Origin: a virus
Lineage: Duplodnaviria; Caudoviricetes
DNA: 55,985 nt
Reading direction: 5' to 3' (one strand)
Virus record (IMG/VR): IMGVR_UViG_3300011116_000560
Span: 1 to 55,985 of that record
The translations under genes were made by a program, and so were the position numbers. Shown here in pieces: positions 27,890 to 36,112 of the stretch. Below the pieces are notes generated by a model. The model was not told where the DNA came from, did no database searches, and saw only the letters and a list, made by a program, of their open reading frames with translations. Every line of letters starts with the position of its first letter. Within the stretch, counting starts at the first letter, position 1.

Positions 27890-28420
27890 CCTAAAATAGC
27901 TTTACACTTTGGGGAAAATGTAAAGTTATAACTTGACGGTTTACTGTCCTAAAGTGTAAAGCGCGTTGGTAATACTCCTTGTGGAACAAGGGGTTAGAAA
28001 ATCCACTATCTGCTATATATGCACTATATATGTTTTTCGCGCTAGGACCGGAAGCATTAACTTTACAATGAAAGTGTAAATATACCAATGATTTCAATAG
28101 GTATATACCAGCAGAAAGGGTATATATATATGTTTTATCTATAATATATATAATAATACTATTCGGGGAGCTTTTTTTAGTTTTTTTATAACTTTACACA
28201 CTGGGGGTGACCTCTTTTCCCCTCCTCTCTCGCCTAAAACATATATAAAATAGATAAAACATATAGTCGCTTCCTTCCCCTCACTGGTATTATTACGGAA
28301 TTAAGTGTTTTTTCGTATAGTTTAGGATTACGGACCTAGCTCAAAATCGTAGATAGTTCATAGATAGTTTACACTTTCATATATAGTTGACACAAATGGT
28401 CTAACCCTTTGAGCACGCAG
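27890..28420. other. AT-rich non-coding region with nested inverted and direct repeats; candidate replication origin
   Basis: Sharp AT enrichment; TTTACACTTT/AAAGTGTAAA, TATATGTTTTATCTAT/ATAGATAAAACATATA and TAGATAGTT repeats. Confidence 0.6.
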
Positions 28421-28431
28421 GCAAATTTCGC

Positions 28432-28460
28432 TTGCGGGCCGGGCCGCGCCGTGCTACGCT
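28432..28460 (+). promoter_or_regulatory. Putative promoter for the AAA operon
   Basis: TTGCGG-N17-TACGCT with an extended TG; second candidate TTGACA-N17-GTTAAT at 28543-28571. Confidence 0.4.
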
Positions 28461-28609
28461 GGTCGCCGGGCCGGAATTTCGCCCCGCGCCTTACAAGTTT
28501 ATGTCCAGTTAGCCGTAGATATTTCTAGCCTAGCGTAGATAGTTGACACCGCCATAAAGTGTCCAGTTAATAGCCTAACGATACAACCACAACAGAAGGA
28601 GACCATCTA

Positions 28610-29620
28610 ATGCGTCCGACCCTGCTCAAAGAGACCCTCAAGGCTCATTTCAACTCTGTTCGCCAACGATCCATCCTCGTTATTGGCGATCCGGGCTGCG
28701 GTAAGACCAGTGTAGCTGAGGAAACAGCCAGAGAGCTTGGCGTTCCTTGTATCACGCAGCATGTCCCGACCATGCTGGTCGAGGACTTCGGTGTGCCGTA
28801 CTTCGAGGCGGGTAGCCCCTCGTTTGGCTACAAGATGCCGGGCTGGTATCCCTACAAGGGCAAGGAAGGCACCGAGAAGGGTGGCGTCCTGCTGTTCGAT
28901 GATCGTGGCCAAGCCAGCAGCGACATACAGAAAGTAATCGCCAACATCGAGCAGGCCCGTACGCTCCATGGTGTGCATCTTGCAGATCGCTGGACGGTGT
29001 GGAGTACTGGTAACCATGTGTCTAACCGGGCAGGAGCGAACCGAGTGCTTAGCCATCTGGCTGACCGTGAGACGACCTATACCTTCGAGGCACATCTGGA
29101 CGACTGGACCAGCTGGGCGCTTGCTCATGGAGTGCACAAGATGGTTACCGGATTTATCCGGATGCGTCCGAGCGCCCTGCACGACTTTGACCCGCAACGC
29201 GACAAGAACGCCACTCCCCGTGGCTGGGTGGAAGGCGTTAGCGATGCCATCGGCATCGTGCCTGCCGAGGCTGAGTACGAGACCTATTGCGGTGCAGTAG
29301 GCGAGGGTCGTGCGGCTGAGTTCGCTGGGTACTGCAAGATCTACCGTACCCTGCCCGATCCCATGAGCATCCTGCTTAACCCCGACAAGGCAAAGCTGCC
29401 TGAGGACGTGGCAACGCTGTACGCTCTGGCAGGTGTGCTTAGCGAGGTGGTCACCGAGACTAACTTTGGCCGGATGACGCAGTACTTCGACCGGTTGCCT
29501 GAGGACAAGCAGGATATCAGCGTGCTTGCCGTCAGCTACGCCGTGCGTGGCAAGCCTGAACTTGGACACACTGCTGAGTTCACCGATTGGGCCGTTAAGC
29601 ATTCCAACGTATTATTCTAG
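28610..29620 (+). CDS. MoxR-like AAA+ ATPase, 336 aa
   Basis: Walker A GDPGCGKT, Walker B LLFDD, sensor TGN, LADR finger, TPRGW; AAGGAG RBS. Confidence 0.9.
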   Translation: MRPTLLKETLKAHFNSVRQRSILVIGDPGCGKTSVAEETARELGVPCITQHVPTMLVEDFGVPYFEAGSPSFGYKMPGWYPYKGKEGTEKGGVLLFDDRGQASSDIQKVIANIEQARTLHGVHLADRWTVWSTGNHVSNRAGANRVLSHLADRETTYTFEAHLDDWTSWALAHGVHKMVTGFIRMRPSALHDFDPQRDKNATPRGWVEGVSDAIGIVPAEAEYETYCGAVGEGRAAEFAGYCKIYRTLPDPMSILLNPDKAKLPEDVATLYALAGVLSEVVTETNFGRMTQYFDRLPEDKQDISVLAVSYAVRGKPELGHTAEFTDWAVKHSNVLF

Positions 29621-29684
29621 TATTTTTGCAGGGTAGCAGTGTGTTACCCTGCAGTTTGTCCATTTAGGATAGGGAGGAGATATT

Positions 29685-29873
29685 ATGGCGACCGGTAAGA
29701 AGTGGAAGAAACTGGACGAAGTGCGTGCTGAGCGCGAGGCCGTTGCGGCCAAAGCTCGCCAGCGCATCGAGGGTGTCGTTGAGTACGGACTTGAGCCAAC
29801 GAATGTTCTCGATAAGCTCCTTAATAAGGATGAGTGGGTCATATTTGACGTAGTACTAAAGGAGACAAAGTGA
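29685..29873 (+). CDS. Hypothetical protein, 62 aa
   Basis: Strong GGAGGAG RBS. Confidence 0.7.
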   Translation: MATGKKWKKLDEVRAEREAVAAKARQRIEGVVEYGLEPTNVLDKLLNKDEWVIFDVVLKETK

Positions 29874-29953
29874 TGACTTACGAAGAATTTCGAGCCAGAC
29901 TGCCAGCTGAATGCGATATTCCTCTACCAACACCAGAAGGAGAAAGCCAATGA
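29873..29953 (+). CDS. Tiny coupled ORF, 26 aa (MTYEEFRARL...)
   Basis: AAGGAG RBS; TGATG and ATGA overlaps at its two ends. Confidence 0.45.
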   Translation: MTYEEFRARLPAECDIPLPTPEGESQ

Positions 29954-30813
29954 CTAACCCGCTATATGATCGAGCCGTGCTTGCTCAGCTCACCATTACC
30001 CAGTGGTCGGCTCGCAAGCACGACAAGAATGTGAGCAAGAAGGCCGCTGATATCAGCCACGCGAACCAAGCGGCTGGGCGGTATCACAAGGCACTGTTGC
30101 CCATGAACAGCCACCTTGAGGCGGTGCACAGCAGCACCAGCGCCATCCGTGGCTGGCATGACGAACGAACCTTGCCGTGGGAGGGCCGTGGCGTGCGTAT
30201 GCTGCCGTCCCTGTCGTACTTGGAATACACGTCTGGGTTCAACACGCGGCGATCCACTCACGAAGCACTTGTGGAGCGGTTCCTCGATCAGTACGAGGTT
30301 GCCCGGCAGGCTGCGCCGTTCGCCTTAGGCGACATGTACGACGCCAACGACTACCCCCCACTGAGCGAGGTGCGGGGTAAGTTCTCCATCGATCTGGTTA
30401 TCAGCGCCGTGCCAGCCACAGACTTTCGCTGTCTGCCGTCAACTTTGCCGCAGAGCGCCATCGACGAGATCACCCGCAACGCCGACAGCCGCCTGTCCTC
30501 TGGGCAAGCAGCTGCGGAACGGGCGCTGTGGGAACGGTTGCTGGAGCGCGTCGAGAACATCGTCGAGCGTACTGGACACCCTGACCACAAGTTCCACAAC
30601 TCCCTGTTCGATGGAGCCGAGGAGCTGTGCCTGTTGTTGCCCAAGCTGAACTTCAACGACGACCAGAACCTCGTTATCCTCTGCAACGAGGTGCGGACCC
30701 ACCTGTGTAAGCACGCCCCTGAGGTCGTGCGAGCGGACCTGTTGGTTCGTAGCGACGTGAACGACAGTGCAACGCGCCTTGCGGCGCTTATCAAGGAGAC
30801 CATGCCATCATGA
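29950..30813 (+). CDS. DUF3150-like helical protein, 287 aa
   Basis: L.ITQWSARK.D...TLPW...G.R.LP...FL..Y...LGDMYD..DYP....VR.KF pattern; lies between the AAA and VWA genes. Confidence 0.7.
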   Translation: MTNPLYDRAVLAQLTITQWSARKHDKNVSKKAADISHANQAAGRYHKALLPMNSHLEAVHSSTSAIRGWHDERTLPWEGRGVRMLPSLSYLEYTSGFNTRRSTHEALVERFLDQYEVARQAAPFALGDMYDANDYPPLSEVRGKFSIDLVISAVPATDFRCLPSTLPQSAIDEITRNADSRLSSGQAAAERALWERLLERVENIVERTGHPDHKFHNSLFDGAEELCLLLPKLNFNDDQNLVILCNEVRTHLCKHAPEVVRADLLVRSDVNDSATRLAALIKETMPS

Positions 30814-32003
30814 ACAGCCCGATGCCTAAATCGATGAAGCTGCCCGACGACAAGGAGCTGCTCCTTAAGCTCGCTAAGGCTCGATCCAGCCTTGCGCTGG
30901 ACCATCCGTTCTTTGGTGCGCTGGCCATGGGTATTCCCCATGTGCTCGCCAACGTGCCAACGGCGCAGACAAACGGTAAGCGTGTCCAGTATGGTCGGAA
31001 GTTCTTGGCCAACCTGTCTGCTGCCGAGGTCAAGTTCTTGGTTGCCCATGAGTGTATGCACCCCATGCTGGGGCATCCGTGGCGTAGGGGCAACCGTAAC
31101 CCCAAGAAGTGGAACTATGCCGGTGACTACATCATCAACGGCATCCTGACTGCTGAGGGTATCGGTAAGATGATCGAAGGCGGTCTGCTTAACCCTGACA
31201 TTGTACAGCAAGGTGGCGGTACTACCGATGGCGTTTATGCTGCGCTGCCTGAGAACTACGAAGGCGACGAGCCGGGCGAAGGCGGCGAAGGTGGCGAAGG
31301 TGGCGATGGGCCGTATAACGGCACGCCGACCGACGAGTGCACTGACGACGAAGGTACACCGGCTGAGCTGAAGCAGGCTGAGGACGACTGGAAGGTTAAG
31401 ATCGCACAGGCTGCACAGGCTGCCCGCACTATGGGCAAAATGTCAGCCGGTGTAGAACTGCTTGTGGAGCAGATACTCACGCCCATCGTTGATTGGCGCG
31501 ACGTATTGCAGCGGTTCTTGGTTCGTCAGCGCACCGACGAGCGCACGTTCGCCCGGCCTAATCGCCGCTTTGCATCGCAGGGCCTATACTTGCCGAGCAC
31601 GACCGGCGAGGTAATGGGCGAAGTGGTGTTCTACATCGATTGCTCAGGGTCGGTGCTTAGCGTCATACCGCGTTTCGCTGCTGAGGTTAAAGCCGTGAAG
31701 GAGTGGCTTAATCCCACCAAGCTGCACGTTGTCTACTTCGACAGTGAAGTGTCGCATTATGAGTGCTTCGACCGCGATGCAGAACTGCATGTGGAGCCAC
31801 ACGGTGGCGGTGGCACAGCATTCTCGCCATGCTTCCGCTACATCGAGGAGCTTGGTGTCGAGCCGGTAGCCGCTGTGTTCCTCACCGATCTGTGTTGTAG
31901 CGACTTCGGACCTGCGCCTAGCTACCCGGTACTGTGGGTATCTATCTGCGAAGGCACCGCACCGTTCGGTGAAATCATCGTCATGAAGGAGGCGGCGCAA
32001 TGA
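30810..32003 (+). CDS. DUF2201-type metallopeptidase-like + VWA domain protein, 397 aa
   Basis: HECMH (HExxH), WNYAGDY.IN, acidic Gly linker, MIDAS DCSGS, GGGGT.F, FLTD. Confidence 0.9.
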   Translation: MNSPMPKSMKLPDDKELLLKLAKARSSLALDHPFFGALAMGIPHVLANVPTAQTNGKRVQYGRKFLANLSAAEVKFLVAHECMHPMLGHPWRRGNRNPKKWNYAGDYIINGILTAEGIGKMIEGGLLNPDIVQQGGGTTDGVYAALPENYEGDEPGEGGEGGEGGDGPYNGTPTDECTDDEGTPAELKQAEDDWKVKIAQAAQAARTMGKMSAGVELLVEQILTPIVDWRDVLQRFLVRQRTDERTFARPNRRFASQGLYLPSTTGEVMGEVVFYIDCSGSVLSVIPRFAAEVKAVKEWLNPTKLHVVYFDSEVSHYECFDRDAELHVEPHGGGGTAFSPCFRYIEELGVEPVAAVFLTDLCCSDFGPAPSYPVLWVSICEGTAPFGEIIVMKEAAQ

Positions 32004-32049
32004 TGCGCCGTCTAACTAAAGCGCCTGTGGGCTATTTTGTCTATAAACA

Positions 32050-32292
32050 ATGTTAGTGAACAAAAGGGATACCGAAATGGATACCGAAATGGTTAAAACT
32101 TGCCTTGATGGCACCGGGCTCAAGATTGTGCAGGAACTTTATAAGGCTGTTAATTCAGTGACGCCTGATCCTGGGTTGCTTTCTTGTATCGGTAGTTGGG
32201 GTGACACGCTGGACGATTCAGAAATTCTTGAAATGCTTAAAACGTGGAATGAGATGGGTGAGCCGTTTCATCCCAGCGTGTCAGTGCATTAA
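32050..32292 (+). CDS. Hypothetical protein, about 70-80 aa
   Basis: LL..IGSWGDTLDD.EIL..LK.WN; start codon uncertain. Confidence 0.6.
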   Translation: MLVNKRDTEMDTEMVKTCLDGTGLKIVQELYKAVNSVTPDPGLLSCIGSWGDTLDDSEILEMLKTWNEMGEPFHPSVSVH

Positions 32293-32368
32293 GATGTCGA
32301 TAGTGAACAGAAGGCAGTTTAGCGTGTGGGTAGCGATCATAGCTACCCACTAACAATAGGAGTGTAGC

Positions 32369-32557
32369 ATGAACGAGCTTTTACTAACCAATGCTGCCGC
32401 GATGATAGTGGCAGGACTGTATATCCATGCGCTGCACAAGCGACTGGGCAATGCGGAAGAGGCCAGCGAAGCGCTTGTTGGTGCTATATTGTTGCTTGCT
32501 CAGGACAAGGCCGTGCTGGAGATCAATGACACCGGCATAAAGGTGGTGCCGAAATGA
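32369..32557 (+). CDS. Small membrane protein, 62 aa
   Basis: AGGAG RBS, hydrophobic N-terminus; preceded by a 9-bp hairpin at 32326-32350. Confidence 0.65.
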   Translation: MNELLLTNAAAMIVAGLYIHALHKRLGNAEEASEALVGAILLLAQDKAVLEINDTGIKVVPK

Positions 32558-33147
32558 ACAAGGAGCTTATCGAGAAGTATCGAGATATAAACGTCGAACA
32601 TAACGATTGGTGGGAGCATATCGAAAACTGTCTCATAGATCGTTTGCGAGACGAGTACGGCTTCGCCATGTACGGGCTTAAATGGACCGGGTTTAGTTCA
32701 CAGGGGGACGGAGCCTCGTTCACCGGCGAAGTATGGGAGTTCGACACGCTTGTTAACAAGCACCAAGAACTGCTGGGCGTTGCGCCAGTACTCTGTAAAC
32801 TGATACGCGCTAGTAAGGCTGATCTGTCGTTCCGCTTAGTTCGAGGAGGTAGCCGTTACTCCCATGAGAACACCGTAGCAGCTGAGATGAGTTTCACCAT
32901 GAAGTTTGCTAATTTCTTCGATGACTACGACTCTCCAGCGCTGCTTATTGAGAATGCAGTCAAGGCTTACGTTGGCGCAAACGAACTGGGTAAGTTCGAG
33001 AAAGCTGTACTGGATATGCTCAAGGACGAGATGCGTAAGGCGTATCGAGAGCTTGAAGCTGAGTATGACCACCTGACCAGCGATGGAGCTGTGTGGGAAA
33101 CCATCGTAGCCAATGAGCTACATAAAGAGGAGGAGGAGGAAGCATGA
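32554..33147 (+). CDS. Conserved acidic hypothetical protein, 197 aa
   Basis: GFSSQGDGASF.G and Y..LE.EYD.LTSD..V.E.I.AN motifs recalled from phage/ICE accessory proteins. Confidence 0.7.
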   Translation: MNKELIEKYRDINVEHNDWWEHIENCLIDRLRDEYGFAMYGLKWTGFSSQGDGASFTGEVWEFDTLVNKHQELLGVAPVLCKLIRASKADLSFRLVRGGSRYSHENTVAAEMSFTMKFANFFDDYDSPALLIENAVKAYVGANELGKFEKAVLDMLKDEMRKAYRELEAEYDHLTSDGAVWETIVANELHKEEEEEA

Positions 33148-33452
33148 GAACTCATCTTGAGGTGTTACGCGATCTGTACACCGCCAAGAATAAATTGCGG
33201 CGTACAGATAGGCTGGCGAAGGATACACCTAAGCGGTCCACGGCGGCTATCTGCGATGCTGTGCGCCCGTCACTGGTGCGTACGATTGCAAAGCTGGAAG
33301 CCGAGTTGGCCGCCACTCCAGAACTACCCGCTGAGCGACCGGCCAGCCCGGCCAGCACGTTCACCTATACGCCTAACTGCAACCCTCTTACCAAAGAGGA
33401 ACTGGAAGCTCTCTATATCCCCGAATTTCTCAAACGAGTGAAGGAGAACTAA
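33144..33452 (+). CDS. Hypothetical protein, 102 aa
   Basis: Coupled ORF with RBS; C-terminal L.IPEFLKR. Confidence 0.65.
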   Translation: MRTHLEVLRDLYTAKNKLRRTDRLAKDTPKRSTAAICDAVRPSLVRTIAKLEAELAATPELPAERPASPASTFTYTPNCNPLTKEELEALYIPEFLKRVKEN

Positions 33453-33454
33453 TC

Positions 33455-34102
33455 ATGGCTACCGTACGTTTCAGCGAAGAACTTCGAGAGACGATCCTCA
33501 AAAATGCTGGAGGGCTGTATGTTGCTAGGGAGGTAGCGGCTATGGCCAATAGACCAGTTTACGTTGTCGAGCGTGTGTATGATCTAGTCATGGCTCCGTA
33601 TGCTGCGGGCATAGCCAAGCTGCCTGCAGTATTCTTCAGGTCTGCCAGTATGATTGTTATATCTACTGTAGCCGATGTGGCTATCCCTACCTCGTTGGAG
33701 TCTGCCAAGATCGAAAATCGTTACATTACGCCGTATGAGTTTCCTGCGTTAGGTCATGTGACGGTTAGCGGGGGCTACTACGGCTCGAACCAGTGGAAAC
33801 TGGAGAACACTCCGGAAACGGCTCCTATCATTGACGAAATCCGCGTCTGGGCAGAGGGCATATATAAAGTGCGTGCCGAGCGCGACAAGTTCGTGGAAGG
33901 CGTTAAGTCTATCATCACGGCATACGAGACGTTAGGCCCGGCCATCAAAGTTTGGCCCGCGCTTATCGATCTTTTGCCACCCCAAGCAAGGGAGAAGCAC
34001 GAACTGGTAGTGGAACGCAAGAAACGTGATGAGGTGGTCGTTGACGCTGATCTCAGCACGCTGACCAGTGCCGTTGTCCGTAGCAAACTGGGAGGTATGT
34101 AA
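33455..34102 (+). CDS. Nmad5-like (nucleotide-modification-associated) protein, 215 aa
   Basis: AAGGAG RBS; N-terminal VRFS.ELR..I and C-terminal TL..AIK.WP.L..LLP resemble Nmad5 (recalled, not searched). Confidence 0.5.
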   Translation: MATVRFSEELRETILKNAGGLYVAREVAAMANRPVYVVERVYDLVMAPYAAGIAKLPAVFFRSASMIVISTVADVAIPTSLESAKIENRYITPYEFPALGHVTVSGGYYGSNQWKLENTPETAPIIDEIRVWAEGIYKVRAERDKFVEGVKSIITAYETLGPAIKVWPALIDLLPPQAREKHELVVERKKRDEVVVDADLSTLTSAVVRSKLGGM

Positions 34103-34103
34103 C

Positions 34104-34889
34104 ATGGGTAACTACCCGCGCATCGATAGCTATGACATAGCAGCTCGTTACTTCGCTGGTGCACGTAGTCAGAAGGATGGTCGTCCGTTGTGCTCTGGCA
34201 CTCGTTTGGTTAAGGACGAGGAAGGCTACGTAATTACAAGGTATATAATTCCGGTGTGCCGCATCACACCGGATAACCGTATCACGTTCATAGTGCCAGA
34301 GGGTAAGCTGCGGTTAATCGCGGCGTCTCTCAGCTCAACGCTGCATAATGTGCTGCCGTTTTACATCAGGCGTATCGGCGTGGGCCGGTACAGGCTGCAC
34401 CATGGCGAGAAGGCGGTTAACTACTCCGCTGGTAAGATTTCTGGTGACGAGATGTTCTATGGCATCGTGTTCAACCTGAGCACGGGCGAGTGCACCAATC
34501 CAATGCCACCCAAGGAGCCGCGCAAGGTCAATAAGGACAAGCGCAAGGTGTGGCTACAGCGCAAGAAAACATTCGATCAGCACTTGTCGCTGTTCGAGCG
34601 CATGGGTGTGATCGATGGGCATATCAGCACCATCTTTCCTCAGCGAGCAGATATCGCACACAGGTGGGGGTACGCTACCGATCCCGACGTGCTCGTTGAC
34701 TTGAAAGATGTGTTCATGCGCGATGGTGTACCTACCGAGGATTTTCTTATCTCCGCTGTAAAAGTAGTAATTGCGCGCAGAAAGTATGACACTTCAAAAC
34801 TGAGTACTCGTCTTGTCGTTGAATACATCGAACGGATTGTTCGTCGTGAGAGTGTGGTGCTGCGTGAAGAACTGGGGGTATTCATATGA
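34104..34889 (+). CDS. Hypothetical protein, 261 aa
   Basis: GGAGG RBS before ATG 34104. Confidence 0.75.
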   Translation: MGNYPRIDSYDIAARYFAGARSQKDGRPLCSGTRLVKDEEGYVITRYIIPVCRITPDNRITFIVPEGKLRLIAASLSSTLHNVLPFYIRRIGVGRYRLHHGEKAVNYSAGKISGDEMFYGIVFNLSTGECTNPMPPKEPRKVNKDKRKVWLQRKKTFDQHLSLFERMGVIDGHISTIFPQRADIAHRWGYATDPDVLVDLKDVFMRDGVPTEDFLISAVKVVIARRKYDTSKLSTRLVVEYIERIVRRESVVLREELGVFI

Positions 34890-35428
34890 GTGAGACTTTG
34901 CATAAGCTCCGTCAGGCGCACCTTGAGCGCAGAGCGCGCTTCGCTGCGGCGGCGGTGCCTGACACCGCTCCACAACGGGTTGTCACGCGGGAGATCAGCC
35001 ATCTAGCCGCTCCATACGGCAAAAAGAAAGAGCAGGTGCCACCGGCACCTGTTCCCCCTCCTGTTGTCCTTGCTGCTCCCGCACCGATGGAGCTACCAGA
35101 GGTACAGCCTTCATCTATATTGTTCATCAACTATGTGCAGCGTTACATAGCAGCGCACTACGGGTTTTCACGCGAAACATTAGTCGGACGTAGCCGCGCA
35201 TACAGCGTAACCCATGCGCGGCACGTTGCTATGTATATAGTCGAGACGCTCACCCGCCGTAGCCGTGCGGATATAGGATTGCGGTTCAAACGCGACGCAT
35301 CAAGTGTGTTCCATGCCACGGATAAGATGAGGAAACAATTAGAGCACGATGCCCGACTTCGTGGGGAAGTGGGTACTCTTATGGCTCATATAGTTGGGGA
35401 ACTCAAAAACAAAGGAGCTATGCCGTGA
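34886..35428 (+). CDS. Stand-alone DnaA C-terminal (domain IV) HTH protein, 180 aa
   Basis: IAAHYG.S...L.GRSR...V..ARHVAMY....LT..S...IG..F.RD.SSV.HA..K matches DnaA domain IV; no AAA domain. Confidence 0.85.
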   Translation: MSETLHKLRQAHLERRARFAAAAVPDTAPQRVVTREISHLAAPYGKKKEQVPPAPVPPPVVLAAPAPMELPEVQPSSILFINYVQRYIAAHYGFSRETLVGRSRAYSVTHARHVAMYIVETLTRRSRADIGLRFKRDASSVFHATDKMRKQLEHDARLRGEVGTLMAHIVGELKNKGAMP

Positions 35429-35955
35429 AAAAACGCATACGGTATACACCCATTGAATATCTCTTGGCCAACCCGCTTGCTCAGCCAAAGGAAGTGGCTG
35501 CGGCTACCTACTGCACCATTGGCCATGCTGCGAAACTGATTACGCAGCGCGGCACTCCGCGAGAAGTTTTTGAGAAGAAGCTAGAAGGCCGTAAGGACGA
35601 CACGGGAAAGCTACCGTGGCATCTGTTGCCCGGTGATGCCCTAGAGGAGATCGTCAAGGTGCTCCAGTTTGGTGCTAACAAGTACGCCGAGCGTAACTGG
35701 GAAGCCGGGATGAAATGGAGCCGTCCCTTTGCAGCACTCATGCGCCACATGTGGGCATGGTGGAAGGGAGAACAGCTAGACAAAGAAACGGGACTAAGCC
35801 ATCTGGCTCACGCCGGATGTTGTATTCTATTCTTGTTGGCTTACAGTGTGCGTAACAAACAGGGCGATGACCGCCCAAAGGAAAATGAAAATGCTACGAA
35901 AAGTACAGATAGAAAAAATAGTGGAGCCACTTGGATGCACGTTGGTGGAAATTAA
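35425..35955 (+). CDS. dATP/dGTP diphosphohydrolase domain protein (DUF5664-like), 176 aa
   Basis: GRKDD.GK..W.LLP...FGA.KY..RNW..G...A..RH..AW..GE..D.ETGL.HLAHA.CC..FL. Confidence 0.85.
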   Translation: MKKRIRYTPIEYLLANPLAQPKEVAAATYCTIGHAAKLITQRGTPREVFEKKLEGRKDDTGKLPWHLLPGDALEEIVKVLQFGANKYAERNWEAGMKWSRPFAALMRHMWAWWKGEQLDKETGLSHLAHAGCCILFLLAYSVRNKQGDDRPKENENATKSTDRKNSGATWMHVGGN

Positions 35956-36112
35956 AACAGGCGGTAAGCACGCGAAGGTGCACTTGGATTACAACGGTCA
36001 TAGGTTTATGACCACGTTTCCTCGAACACCTTCCGACCAGCGCTTTGAGAACAACAAACGACAAGATATAAAACGTCATCTCAAAGAGCGCGGCCTCTGG
36101 AGGGGGGAATAA
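35891..36112 (+). CDS. HicA-like small protein, 73 aa
   Basis: G......GGKH.K......G......P.TPSD.R...N....I.R pattern; TAATG-coupled to the polymerase gene. Confidence 0.55.
   Translation: MLRKVQIEKIVEPLGCTLVEIKTGGKHAKVHLDYNGHRFMTTFPRTPSDQRFENNKRQDIKRHLKERGLWRGE

Noticed and set aside
27890-28570. CRISPR array
   Set aside because: Repeats are short (9-16 bp), irregularly spaced and mostly inverted; the Cas4-like gene is a stand-alone replication-module nuclease
28607-31211. Long minus-strand ORFs 28607..29602 and 30351..31211
   Set aside because: Shadows of the AAA, DUF3150-like and VWA genes; no motifs or RBS
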